Of a DNA stretch of 64,000 nucleotides, positions 19,320-30,400 are shown piece by piece (position 1 is the first letter of the stretch; every line of letters starts with the position of its first letter). The notes beneath the pieces were generated by a model, which saw only the letters and a program-made list of their open reading frames with translations, was not told the origin of the DNA and ran no database searches. The stretch comes from Acidobacteriota bacterium (GTDB lineage: Bacteria; Acidobacteriota; UBA890; WLXD01): assembly GCA_965248695.1 (NCBI GenBank), contig CBDFKD010000002.1, forward strand, positions 1,216,001-1,280,000, in the 5' to 3' direction. Both the position numbers and the translations under genes were made by a program.

Positions 19320-20558
19320 TCAGGGAACCACCTCGACGTCGCGAAGGGCCTCTAGCTCCTGTGACAGTTCGACCCTCACCCGTCCCTCTTGAAGGAATCT
19401 CTTGTGCGCGCCGATGTACGTGTCCGAGAACGAAACGTCGGTAACTCTGAGGGCAGGATCCACGTCGTAGAAAACGCTCGGGCTGGCAGGGACGAGAATC
19501 GATTCGCGAACTGCCACCGTGATCCCATCCGGACCGATGATGACGTTGTAGGCAACGTTGAACCGGTCCGCCAACAGGCTCACGGAGCTGCGCCGGAAGA
19601 ACAGACGTGCGGACCCGCGACCGGGCGGAAGATCCCGGAACTGGTAGTCGACATTGCTCTCCACTCCGGCGCCGCCCATGGTCTCGGGGTCGAGGACAAC
19701 CAGGGTGGCCAGATCGCGTGCGTTGTTGACCCCGGCCGCATAGATCTCGGTATGGCCGTCCTGATCCAGGTCCACCACCTGCAGCTTGTCGTTGTCGACG
19801 CCGATGTGACCGGCGTGCCAGTAGTCCGCCACGAGCTCCCCGGCGGCGGTTAGCACGGCGATGCTCGACGGGTAGAACAGGCGATGATGGCTGGCGACCA
19901 CCAGCATGCGCGAGCCGTCGGCGAATCGGCCGAGCTTTACCGGCTTGATCCAGTACACCTCGTCGAACGTCTGCTGGGCGGTGGAGATCACGCGACCGGG
20001 TCGATAGCGCCACAGTTCGGTCCCATCGCTCGAGAAGCAGACCAGGGTGTCAGAGCGGCCCGGAGACCGGGACACGTGCACGAAGAGCACCTCGGTGCTG
20101 CCGTTGTCGTCGAGATCGACGAACTGCGGTGCGAAGCGGCCGGCGGAGAACACGTCGTCGGTGAGGCCGCCCTCGAGCTCGGTTCGCCATAGCTCCACGC
20201 CGCGAACGTCGGCGACGATCAGCGAGTCCCCCGCGACGTTCCAGCTCGCCGGCGGCCCGGCAGTCGACGTCATTCGCCAAGCAATGATCGCTCCCAGTGC
20301 CAGCGTGATACCGGCGACCAGAACCAACGTCCGCCGGCGCGTCCAGGAGCTCGCCGCCGCGATTCGAGCCGCTTCCTCGCGAGCCATCCATTGCTCGAGC
20401 CGTTCGCGCCGAAGAAACACGCCTCCGTGCTTGCCCGGCCGGCGCTCGACCGGCAGGCCGCGCTCCTTTTCCCACTCTTGGACGGTTCGAACGGAGCGCC
20501 CGATCCGGTTGGCAATTTCCTTCCACGAGACGAATTCTGGCGGATCTTCTCGGCGCAT
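19320..20558 (-). CDS. Membrane-anchored one-component regulator: excisionase-like HTH, TM, FG-GAP/beta-propeller extracellular domain
   Basis: SWKEIANRIGRSVRTVQEWEKERGLPV; TM; DLDDNGSTEV and DLDQDGHTEI repeats. Confidence 0.75.
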   Translation of the reverse strand: MRREDPPEFVSWKEIANRIGRSVRTVQEWEKERGLPVERRPGKHGGVFLRRERLEQWMAREEAARIAAASSWTRRRTLVLVAGITLALGAIIAWRMTSTAGPPASWNVAGDSLIVADVRGVELWRTELEGGLTDDVFSAGRFAPQFVDLDDNGSTEVLFVHVSRSPGRSDTLVCFSSDGTELWRYRPGRVISTAQQTFDEVYWIKPVKLGRFADGSRMLVVASHHRLFYPSSIAVLTAAGELVADYWHAGHIGVDNDKLQVVDLDQDGHTEIYAAGVNNARDLATLVVLDPETMGGAGVESNVDYQFRDLPPGRGSARLFFRRSSVSLLADRFNVAYNVIIGPDGITVAVRESILVPASPSVFYDVDPALRVTDVSFSDTYIGAHKRFLQEGRVRVELSQELEALRDVEVVP

Positions 20559-20752
20559 GGTCGGCAACCTATAGCCCACCGGGATGGCGGTGTCCACGAT
20601 CCGCCCCGACTCTCGACGGACGCGAAAGTGCGCAGGATGGCGCAATTTCGGAGGTTCGCCCCGGCGCCGACTGTCGCCTTGCGGGCGCATCCCTCAGGTT
20701 TGGCCCTCGGTCGCCCTTTGCTGACCATCACCCAACCGGGAGAGAGAGGACC

Positions 20753-22186
20753 ATGCATAGAAGGCTCATCGGGACCACCCTGGCTGCCCTATCGATACTG
20801 GCGCTTGCCATTCCAAGCAGTGGGACGCCTGACCCGCCGTGGTACTTCGACTTCGACTTCGCTGCCTTAGACGTACTGGCCTACTGGCCGCTCGATGGCG
20901 ACGCGATCGACTACGGTCCGCAGACGCATATCGGCTCGTGGTCGGGCGGCAGCGACGTGGTGGGCTACTTCGGATTGGGCCGTGATTTCGGACCGGGGGA
21001 CTACTTCCAGGTCAACGGCTCTGCGGCACTGAGCACCTTCGACCGCCTCACGATGTCAGCCTGGTACCTACCCACGGCGATGGTGAACAACGAGGCCCTC
21101 GTCGGCGCCGGAGACAATACGTCCGGGCCTTTCTACGGCATATGGGCGATCAGGCTCAGCGAATCGGATGGCCAGCCGTACCACGGGGGCGCGGTGTCAT
21201 CGACACACATAGGCATAACCTGCTTGTTCGTACCCACGCAGGCAGCCTTCACCAACACCTGGTTCGCCCCGATCGAATATAGCCAGTGGCACCATCTGGC
21301 GTGCACTTACGATCCCGCCACCGGCGGCAAGCTCTATGTAGATGGCGTCCTCGCCGTGGCTGATCCCTTCTACGCCGGGACGATCTCCGTCCCGCTGGCT
21401 CGTCCGTTCTTCTTCAACTTCCACGAGTGGGCCGGAGGCGGGGCGAGCAGCTCGAGGCTTTCCGGGGTGCTCGACGAGGTGACGATATTCAATCGAGCTC
21501 TAAGCGCGACCGAAGTCGAGCTGCTGTCTGTGGACGACGACGGCGATGGGCGCGCCGCGTTCTGGACCCCGCCGAACGCTCCTCCGGTGGCCGACGCGCA
21601 GCGCACAGTCGCCAGCGTCGAATGCACCGGGCCGTCAGGAACGCAGATAACACTCGACGGCACCGGCTCCACGGATCCGGATGGCGACGAGCTGACCTAT
21701 GCCTGGAGCGGTCCGTTCGGCCAGGCCGCCGGAGCCGAGGTGGACGTCGTGCTGCCGGAGGGCACCCACACCATCACGCTCACGGTGATGGATGAGGGTC
21801 TCTTGATGTCGAGCGACAGCGTCGAGGTGACGGTTCAGGACACGACGGCTCCCGACATCGACTCCGCCACTCCGAGCCCCGACAGTCTGTGGCCTCCGAA
21901 CAAGAAGATGGTCCCGGTGATCGTCTCCGTGGATGTCTCGGATGCCTGTAGCAGCGCCTCCTGCCAGATCGTCTCCGTGTCGAGCAACGAGCCGATCAAC
22001 GGCAACGGGAGTGGGAACACCGCCCCCGACTGGGAGATCACCAGCGACCTGACGGTGGATCTCCGAGCCGAGCGACTGGGAAAGGGTGGCGGTCGTATCT
22101 ACACGATCACGCTGGATTGCACGGACGACGCCGGCAACGTAGCCACGACACAGGTCGAAGTATCGGTTCCCCATTCGAACAAGTAG
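20753..22186 (+). CDS. Secreted LamG/concanavalin-like plus PKD/Ig-like domain protein
   Basis: Signal peptide; WHHLACTYD, LYVDG, GVLDEVTIFNRALS; LDGTGSTDPDGDELTYAW; LWPPNKKM..LRAER. Confidence 0.85.
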   Translation: MHRRLIGTTLAALSILALAIPSSGTPDPPWYFDFDFAALDVLAYWPLDGDAIDYGPQTHIGSWSGGSDVVGYFGLGRDFGPGDYFQVNGSAALSTFDRLTMSAWYLPTAMVNNEALVGAGDNTSGPFYGIWAIRLSESDGQPYHGGAVSSTHIGITCLFVPTQAAFTNTWFAPIEYSQWHHLACTYDPATGGKLYVDGVLAVADPFYAGTISVPLARPFFFNFHEWAGGGASSSRLSGVLDEVTIFNRALSATEVELLSVDDDGDGRAAFWTPPNAPPVADAQRTVASVECTGPSGTQITLDGTGSTDPDGDELTYAWSGPFGQAAGAEVDVVLPEGTHTITLTVMDEGLLMSSDSVEVTVQDTTAPDIDSATPSPDSLWPPNKKMVPVIVSVDVSDACSSASCQIVSVSSNEPINGNGSGNTAPDWEITSDLTVDLRAERLGKGGGRIYTITLDCTDDAGNVATTQVEVSVPHSNK

Positions 22187-22251
22187 CCGTCGAGACGGCT
22201 AGATGGACTGCCATGGATCGAAGCCAGCGGGCGCCATGACGCCAAGCCGAA

Positions 22252-22557
22252 TCAGGCCGCGACGTAACGGCTCACTTCCTCACGCGAGGCCCCGAGCGAA
22301 AACAGCGTCCGAGTCAGCATGTCGAGCGATGCGCTTCCGCGCTCGAGGTTCGCCACCCGCGGCTGCGTGGATCCGATCAGCGCGGCGAGCTGGCTCTGCG
22401 TCATCTTCCGACGTCCGCGCCGCTCCTTCACCGCCCGACCGAGCGCGAGCTTCATTTCAACGAGCTCAGCCTCGGCATCGGTCAGACCGAGGAACTCCTG
22501 GACGGAGCCGACAGACAGTCCGGCAGCTTCTAGGCGAGCCTTTCTTTCTTCGTCCAA
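22252..22557 (-). CDS. XRE-family HTH antitoxin (HigA-like)
   Basis: GGAGG SD, TTG start; GSVQEFLGL..MTQSQLAALIGSTQPRVANLE. Confidence 0.85.
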   Translation of the reverse strand: MDEERKARLEAAGLSVGSVQEFLGLTDAEAELVEMKLALGRAVKERRGRRKMTQSQLAALIGSTQPRVANLERGSASLDMLTRTLFSLGASREEVSRYVAA

Positions 22558-22572
22558 CCCTACGCCTCCATC

Positions 22573-22754
22573 TAGATCGAGTCGTAGACTCGGATTCAGC
22601 GCTCGCCAATCGACGGCATCGGCCGCGACGCCGGCATTCCGACGCGCTCGCCTTCCTGCAAACGGCGTAGCAGCAGGCCGGCCTCGATGCGGGCCGGCTC
22701 CGAAAACGGCGGCGTCTTGATCTCGCCTGCAAACCAAACAACATCCTTCGACAT
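22573..22754 (-). pseudogene. RelE/HigB (Gp49-like) toxin truncated by internal deletion
   Basis: MSKDVVWFAGEIKTPPFSEPARIEAGLLLRRLQEGERVGMPASRPMPSIGER*; the catalytic ELR/RI strands are missing. Confidence 0.75.
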
Positions 22755-22765
22755 GACTAACTATA

Positions 22766-25700
22766 TCAGATCGGGTATATTTCGTCGAGATGTTCGGCGG
22801 CGAACTGACGAGCGACTGCAACGCCACGGCGCCCGTTGAGAATCTCGTAGAAGACCGGCAGGACGATCAGGGTGAGCAGGGTGCCGGTGAACTCTCCACC
22901 GATGATGGCGATCGCCAGCGGTCGCTGAAGCTCAGCGCCGGCTCCGAACCCGAGCGCAAGCGGAATGAGCGCGCAGATTGTGGTGACGGTGGTCATGAGG
23001 ATGGGTCGCAGGCGAAGGGCCGAACCTTCTAGAACCGCATCGCGGAGAGGCGTTCCGGCAGCTCGGAGCCGGTTGATCGTGTCGATCTTGATGATGCCGT
23101 CGTTGACGACGATGCCAGTTAGCACGACGGCGCCGATCAGAGCTACGACGTTGATCGTGATCCCCGTGAGCCATAGGGCCGTTACCGCACCGACCCAGCC
23201 GAGGGGCATCGTGAGCAAGATCACGAGCGGGTGACGGAGCGACTCGAACTGCGCTGCCATCACCATATAGACGAGCGCCGCGGCCAGCAGGAGTGCACGC
23301 GCTAGGCTGCGAAACGACGCTCGGACCTCATCGCGCTCGCCGCCGATGCGCCAGCGATAGCCGGATGGCCAATCCAGCCCGGATAGTGCAGCTTCCGCTG
23401 CGACGACAGCCACCGACAGGTTGATGCCGGCCAGGGTTGCGGTCACCGGGATCTCGCGCACACGGTCACGCCGTCGCACCTCCTGAGGTCCAGTCGTTTC
23501 ACGGTAGTCGACCAAGGCGCGGAAGGGCACGGGGCCGAGCTCCGTCTGATACGGCTGATCGAGCAAGGCGTCGATCGAGCGCTCGCTGCCCAGCGCCTGT
23601 ACACGGATATCGATGCGTCGATCGAACTCGACGAACTGCGTCGGGATCGTTCCCTGCAGGGCAGCCTGCAACGCTCGCGCAACGTCTTGTACCGACACCC
23701 CGTAGGTTGCCGCCTCATCGCGGCGAACCCGCAGCCGGATCTCCGGGTTACCTTGTGAGGTTCGCGAGCTGATGTCGGTGAGACCGTCGATACCGCCAAG
23801 CCGTCCGGCCACATCATCTGCCAGCGTCTGCAGTCGTCCGAGATCTTCGCCCTGAACGAGCACGCGGAATCCGGCGTCACCGAGGCCCAACAGCCGCTGA
23901 AGGGGGTTGGACTGCGGATCGATCGTCACTTGAACGTCCCCGAGGGAGCCGGCCGAGTCGCGCACACGCGTCATTGCTGCCACCATCGCTGGTTCCAGCT
24001 GTCGCGATCGCTCACCACGCATGACCACGGCGAGCTTGGCGCGAGTGGGCGACAGCTCCAGCGCTCCCGCAACCGTGGAAGCAAGAGCTCCGGGGTCGGC
24101 ACCCAACGTCGCGAAGGTCGTCGCCACATCGTCGCCTGCTCGGGCAGCACGCTCTAGTTGCTCCACGATGCCCTGAAGATGCGCGAACGGGGTGCCGGGT
24201 GGCACGTCAATTCTCACCTCGAAGCGGCCGGTGTTGATGCGGGGCATCAGCTCCCATGGCAATTGCATCGCCAGGTTCGCCCCCCACACAAGGAGGGCGA
24301 CCACCCCAAGGACCGTCGCCGCTTTGTGCGCCAGGCTCCAGACAAGGGCCCGGTGGTAGACGCGGGCGATCGCGTCGTAGATAAGGGCGAAGGCGTACAG
24401 CAACGGAGCGATGAGCCACGCAATGCCACGGGCGAACGCCTTCACCCAAAACAGAACGACGGTCAAACCCCACTCGGCAACGCTATCCGGCAGGGCGCGT
24501 AGCGCGGCGAGTCGTACCCCTAAAGCCCCCGGGCGGTCGTGCGTGGCGGGCGCGTCGATCACGGTACCGGCGTCGTCTGGATCGGCCCGCGGATTTCGGT
24601 CCTGGTGGTCGTCCAGACCGAGCTGCAGGAATCGCGCCGCGAGCATCGGGAGTACTGACAAGGACACGACCAGCGACGCCAGCAGCGCGAACGTTACCGT
24701 CCAAGCCTGCGCGGCGAATAGCTCGCCGGCGACACCGTGCACGTAGGCGATCGGCAGGAAGACTGCGATCGTCGTTGCCGTGGCGGCAGCCACCGCCATC
24801 GCAACTTCAGTGGCGCCCTCCTGAGCCGCTTCCCGGGGCCCGAACCCGAGTTGACGATGTCGGAAGATGTTCTCCAGCACGACGATTGAGTTGTCGACTA
24901 GTAGGCCAGCGCCCAACGCGAGGCCTCCCAGCGTCATGATGTTGAGCGTGATACCGGTGAAGTAGCACAGCACGAACGTCGCAACGATCGAGATCGGCAT
25001 CGCCAAGCCGATCAGCAGCGGGTTGCGCGGGTCGCGCAAGAAGAAGAACAGCACCGCGAACGCGAATGCCCCTCCGAGAAGAATGTTCTGCACGACGCTG
25101 CTGATCGCGTCGGAGATAAACGACGCGTTTTCGAAAGCGACTTCCAGCGTCCGCTCGCTGTACTGACCACGCAGCTCATCAAGCGCGACACCAGCTGCAG
25201 CGACAGCGTCAACAGTGTTGCTGCCAGCCTCTTTGTACAGCAGCACGCCGATCGCGGGCACGCCGTTGAGCAGTGCCCCCGCGGTACGGGGCCGCGTCGC
25301 CTCGCGCACCTCGCCGACGTCCCCGAGCAACACGCGGCGCCCGGTACCGCCGGATAGGATTACCGACTGCGCTATCTCGTCGACACTCCGAAACTCGCCC
25401 ATAGCGCGTACCTGGTAGCGGAGCGCGCCCTGGAGCACGTTGCCGCTTTGCAGGCTGCTGTTCGCTGACTCGAGCGCCTGCTCCACGTCGGCAACCGTAA
25501 GGCCGAACAGCGCCAGCTTGTCGGGATCCAGAGTCACGTGGATCTCGCGCTGGGCGCCACCGGTGACTTGCGCGCCGGCGATACCTCGAACCTGTTCCAT
25601 ACGAGGCACAACGACCGCTTCTACCATCTCGCGCAGCGCGCCGAGCGAACCGCTGCCGGCGACGGCCAGCCCCATGACGGGCTCGCTTCCAGGATCCCAT

Positions 25701-26119
25701 CGCAGGACGGCGGGGCGGTCGATTCCCGCGGGAAACCCTTGGCGAACTTTGTCGACCGCCTCACGCGTGTGCAACGCCGCGATGTCGAGATCCGCACCCC
25801 AGGGGAACTCGACGGTGATCACCGACATCCCCTCGCGCGACGTCGAGGTTACGCGTCGTACTCCTGAAACCGTTTGTACGGCGTTCTCGATCGGGGCGGT
25901 GATCAGGCGCTCGACTTCCTGCGGCGCCAGGCCGAGCGCATCGGCCGTGGTCACCAACGTCAGGCGTGGGGTGCCGATGTCCGGCAGCAGATCCACCGCC
26001 AATCCACCGAACGACACGGAGCCCAGTAGCAGCACCGCGAGACACCCCATCAACACGGTTACCGGCCGGCGCACCGCCACAGCGGGCAAGGAGGCACCAC
26101 TCCGGGCGCGGCTAGTCAT
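22766..26119 (-). CDS. RND efflux permease (AcrB/AcrD/AcrF family)
   Basis: GLLVDNSIVVLENI, AQFESL, GIVVNDGI, RLRPILMT motifs. Confidence 0.95.
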   Translation of the reverse strand: MTSRARSGASLPAVAVRRPVTVLMGCLAVLLLGSVSFGGLAVDLLPDIGTPRLTLVTTADALGLAPQEVERLITAPIENAVQTVSGVRRVTSTSREGMSVITVEFPWGADLDIAALHTREAVDKVRQGFPAGIDRPAVLRWDPGSEPVMGLAVAGSGSLGALREMVEAVVVPRMEQVRGIAGAQVTGGAQREIHVTLDPDKLALFGLTVADVEQALESANSSLQSGNVLQGALRYQVRAMGEFRSVDEIAQSVILSGGTGRRVLLGDVGEVREATRPRTAGALLNGVPAIGVLLYKEAGSNTVDAVAAAGVALDELRGQYSERTLEVAFENASFISDAISSVVQNILLGGAFAFAVLFFFLRDPRNPLLIGLAMPISIVATFVLCYFTGITLNIMTLGGLALGAGLLVDNSIVVLENIFRHRQLGFGPREAAQEGATEVAMAVAAATATTIAVFLPIAYVHGVAGELFAAQAWTVTFALLASLVVSLSVLPMLAARFLQLGLDDHQDRNPRADPDDAGTVIDAPATHDRPGALGVRLAALRALPDSVAEWGLTVVLFWVKAFARGIAWLIAPLLYAFALIYDAIARVYHRALVWSLAHKAATVLGVVALLVWGANLAMQLPWELMPRINTGRFEVRIDVPPGTPFAHLQGIVEQLERAARAGDDVATTFATLGADPGALASTVAGALELSPTRAKLAVVMRGERSRQLEPAMVAAMTRVRDSAGSLGDVQVTIDPQSNPLQRLLGLGDAGFRVLVQGEDLGRLQTLADDVAGRLGGIDGLTDISSRTSQGNPEIRLRVRRDEAATYGVSVQDVARALQAALQGTIPTQFVEFDRRIDIRVQALGSERSIDALLDQPYQTELGPVPFRALVDYRETTGPQEVRRRDRVREIPVTATLAGINLSVAVVAAEAALSGLDWPSGYRWRIGGERDEVRASFRSLARALLLAAALVYMVMAAQFESLRHPLVILLTMPLGWVGAVTALWLTGITINVVALIGAVVLTGIVVNDGIIKIDTINRLRAAGTPLRDAVLEGSALRLRPILMTTVTTICALIPLALGFGAGAELQRPLAIAIIGGEFTGTLLTLIVLPVFYEILNGRRGVAVARQFAAEHLDEIYPI

Positions 26120-27422
26120 TCTGCCTGGCAGGGTCCACGTCCACCGCATCGACTACACGGACCGCCGCATCGTGCGCCAGGCTGAAGTGGCCGCTGACGA
26201 TCACTTCGTCACCCGGCGCCACGCCGTCGAGAACCTCCACCCAGCTCTCGTTTGCGAGCCCCCGGTCGATGTAAATCCAGCTACTGCGTGAGTCGTGCAC
26301 AACGAAGAGCATCGGTCGCTCATCACGCAACAACACCGCGTCGGCGGGAACGATCAGGCGATCGGTGAAGATCTCGGTATCAAGGACGATTTGCGCGAAC
26401 ATTCCGGGCTTCAGCCGAAGGTTCGCGTTCGCCAAGGTGACCGTCACACCCAGCGCCCTTTTCTCCGGATCCACCAGCGGGCTAATCGATTCGACCTGAC
26501 CGACGAAAATGTCGCCGGGGAAGGCAGCAAAACGAACCTCAGCACGCCGTCCGCGGCGCACCAGGCCCGCCTCTGACTCCAAGACCTCGACAACAACGCG
26601 AATCGGATCGGCATCGACCAGCGTTAGCAACGTCGTCGCGGCGGACAACCGCTGCCCCACCACGACCTCGATTTCCGCCACCTGACCACCGAACGGAGCC
26701 CGCGTGACGGCGCGCTCGAGCTCGAGCTCCGACTGCCGGTAACTCGCACGCCGGGTCATGAGATTGTCTTGCGCGGCAATGATCTCGTCTCGGGTGATGC
26801 TGTTGAAAAGTTCATCGAAGCGCGGATCGCTGATCAACGACCGAAAGTGCTCCGGCGAAAGAAACCCACCGAAGAGTTGATCCTGGGCTCCTACGAGGTC
26901 CTGGAGGTCATCGGAGGTGTTGTCGTCCGGCTCGAAGAACAATCGACCTTCGGAGAACTTCGCGATCGCAGCGATCAGCCCCTCACGCGCCTTCTGCACT
27001 TCGAGTCGTAGCTCGGTGTCGTCAATGCGCACCAGAATCGCGCCAACCTCGACGACATCACCCTCCCGCGCGGCGATCTCGACGATATTCCCGTTGTTCG
27101 CGGCACTTTGAATCTCGAGAAGACGAGTGGCCTCGGCGATCCCCGTGGCGGTGATCTTCATCACGAGGTCATCGCGTCGCGCGCGCGCCGTGACCACCGG
27201 GACCGGCATTGCGGGCTGCGCGCGCAGGGTCGACGTCGCAGGTCCTTCCCCGCTCGGGGTCGCAGAACTCGATGCAACCTCGGCGTCGTCACGCGGATCG
27301 GCCCTTGCCGGCAGGCCGAACCATGCAACGTAGGTTGCGACCGCCACAGCCAGTAGAACGACCGTACTGGTCAGGATGCGGGCCAAGCCCGGCGCACTCG
27401 GCTCGCAAACGGTTTGCGTCAC
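26112..27422 (-). CDS. RND periplasmic adaptor (MFP) subunit
   Basis: REGDVVEVGAILVRID, RAPFGGQV, LKPGMFA; GTGA coupling. Confidence 0.9.
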   Translation of the reverse strand: MTQTVCEPSAPGLARILTSTVVLLAVAVATYVAWFGLPARADPRDDAEVASSSATPSGEGPATSTLRAQPAMPVPVVTARARRDDLVMKITATGIAEATRLLEIQSAANNGNIVEIAAREGDVVEVGAILVRIDDTELRLEVQKAREGLIAAIAKFSEGRLFFEPDDNTSDDLQDLVGAQDQLFGGFLSPEHFRSLISDPRFDELFNSITRDEIIAAQDNLMTRRASYRQSELELERAVTRAPFGGQVAEIEVVVGQRLSAATTLLTLVDADPIRVVVEVLESEAGLVRRGRRAEVRFAAFPGDIFVGQVESISPLVDPEKRALGVTVTLANANLRLKPGMFAQIVLDTEIFTDRLIVPADAVLLRDERPMLFVVHDSRSSWIYIDRGLANESWVEVLDGVAPGDEVIVSGHFSLAHDAAVRVVDAVDVDPARQND

Positions 27423-30400
27423 CTGTGAACTTCCATCGCTCCGGCGGGCAGCGAATGCCATATGCGAGTGGCGCGGCGCACGAACTCGCCTCCCCGCATT
27501 CGCCAGCGTTCTGTCAGCAGATAGAGGATAGGTGTCACCGTTAGCGTCAAGAGAGTAGACGCCGCCAGCCCGCCAATGGTCGATAGTGCCAACGTTCCCC
27601 AGATGTCATTGCTGCGCATCCGGGCGTCCGCTTCGATGAGCACCAGGGGCAGCATGCCGCCGATCGTCGTGATCGAAGTAATGAGAATCGGTCGCACACG
27701 CTCCGCGGCGCCGGCGACGATGGCCTCCGTCAGCGGCAGCGTCGTGCGACGCATATTGATGTGATCAACGAGCAGGATGGCGTTGTTCACCACGATCCCG
27801 CCTAGCAGAACGACACCGATTGAGGCCGCGGCATCGAACGCTCGTTCGGCTAGGTAGTAGATCCAGAACACCCCGATGAGGGCAGCGGGCACCGCCAGGA
27901 AAACCACAAACGGCTGTAGCAACGACTCATATGACGAAGCCAGCACCATAAATACGATGATCAGCGCCAGAATCGACACGTTGCGGACTTGGATTTGCTC
28001 TTCGGCAGTGAGCGCCAATCGATCCTCGAGCGACGCGGAATAGCCCGGCGGCAACTGCAAGGAGTCGTAGATCGCTTGCCTGTACGCGTTCGAGGCGCGG
28101 CCGGAGCCACGGTACTTCCACTGCACGTAGCGGTCGTAGCGTTGATCCTCGCGAGTGATGACTCCGGGTACGCTGCGTAGTTCCACATCAACCAGCTGGC
28201 CAAGCCGAGTCGTACCGTCGGTCGTCCGAATCGGCGCATCGAGGACATCCTGCAGGTTCCGCTCGTCGACCCCGGCGACCTTGATCTGCAGGTCCCAGTC
28301 TTCCAGACCCACGCGTAGACGGTCCGTACCGGTTTGTCCGGACAACAGACTCATTAGCTGTCCACGGAGCTCGGCCACGGTCACGCCTGTCTGAGCTAGA
28401 CGGTCACGGCGCACGGTCATTACCAACTCACCGCCGGAATCGCGCCAAAACCCTTGACCTCCTGCGGTCACGTTGGCTTCGTTGACCCGAGCGCTGCGCT
28501 CAGCTAGTCGCGCCACCGAGTCGCCGATCCCGCCGACCCGCTCGTAGTCATAGCCGAACAACTTTATGCGACTGTTGAACAACCCCGAGCGGCTGAAGCC
28601 GCTCGAGTACCCTTCCTGGTCGAACCCATAGACACTGATTTGCAGGCCGGCGTACCGGGTCGCAATGCCGATGAGTTGGTCTTTGACCAGCAACGGATAC
28701 GCTGTCACTTCCACTCGGGGCGGGAACCTCACAGACATCGTGCCGTGGTTGCCCGTCACCATGAGCTCGACCCGATCAATATCCGGTAGCCCCAGCACGT
28801 AGTCTTCGAAGGGCGCAAGGGCTGTTTCCGTCCGCGCTGCCTCCGCGCCCGACTGCAACGTGACATGAACGCTGATTTGCTCTTGCGAGCCCCACCAACC
28901 AAAGAAGCCGCCACGCGGGACGTGCTCGTCGAACAGTACGTAGCTTCCGTACCAGACACCGATCGCGAAGATCAACACCGCATATGGGTGCTTCAAGCCG
29001 GCGCCCAGACCACGGCGGAACCACTGGAGCCGTGCGGGCCCCTGCCGCACTCGGGTTGCGATCAACCCTCGCCCCGCCGCCGCCGGCATTAGGGTCATCG
29101 CGACGAACAGCGAGGCTGTCAGGGCGAACGCAATCGCCAACGCCAGCGGCGTGAAGTAGTCGCGCATGCGGCCCTGAAAATAGACGAAGGGGAAGAACAC
29201 ACCGATCGTCGTGAGCGTCGATGCCAGGACCGGTACGATGACTTCGGCCGCGCCGCGCCGCGAAGCCTCGGGCGCAGCTAGGCCACGCTCGCGATAGCGC
29301 ATAATGTTCTCGAGCACCACCACGGCGTTGTCAACCAGCATCCCGAACGCCAACGCCAGGCCGGTCAGCGTCAAAACGTTTACCGGCACGCCTAGGTGGT
29401 AGATCGCAACGATGGTCATTGCCAGCGCGGCGGCAATCGATACGAACAATAACGGCGCGCTACGTAGGTCGCGCAGCAGGGCAACAAGCAAGACTGCCAC
29501 CAGCACGAGAACCATCGTCAAACGTCGGCCGACCAGCTCGAGCTCGGCTTCGAGCACGGCGGCCTCGTCGGTCTTCACTTCGAACGTGATGTCCGGCGGC
29601 AGCTTGGCGCGCAAGCGCTCTAGTCGCGCCCGTACCTCACGCGCCACCCCCAGCACATCCGTGCCTGGCTTACGTTGCACACGAACCTGAACCAGCGGCT
29701 CGCCGTCGACGCGGTTGAACTCACGGATCTTCGCGTATCCGAACGTCACGTCCGCGATATCCGACAGGCGCACCAGCCTGCCTGTCATCTCCCGGATCGG
29801 CAGAGCGCGTAGCGGCTCGAGATCGTCCAGCCGATGGTCCATGCGCAGCACATACGCGGTGCCCTGTAGCTCTGCCGCACCAACCGGCCAGTTCCCCTCG
29901 ATCTGATCTACAGCCTGTCGAACCTGCAACGAGGAAACTCCGTACAGTTCCAGCCGCTTCGAGTCGAGCGTGATGCGTAGATGAGGATCCTGACCGCCGT
30001 GAACACCAACGTCGGAAACGCCCTCGACCGAGATCAACGCATCGACCACATCGTCCTTGGCGATGCGCCGCAGGTCGTTCAGCGGCCGCGAAGCGCGGAG
30101 CGTAAAGCTGTAGAAGTCGCCTCCTTCCAGCTCGCGGAACTGGCGCGGCAGGTTGGCCCGCAGAGTGGGGATCGGGACGCCCGGCGGAAGATCGTCGTGC
30201 AGCAAGGAGAGACGATCCGCCAGCTCAAAGCGCGCCAGATCGAGGTTGACGTCCTCGATGAACTGAACGGTGACGTTCGATGTTCCGCGTTGCGATGTCG
30301 AGGTCACCTTGTGCACGTCTGGCACCGTGACGGTGACCGACTCGATAGGGCTCGTTACCAAGCTCTGGATCGATTCCGGCGAGGCACCCGGCCAGCTCGT

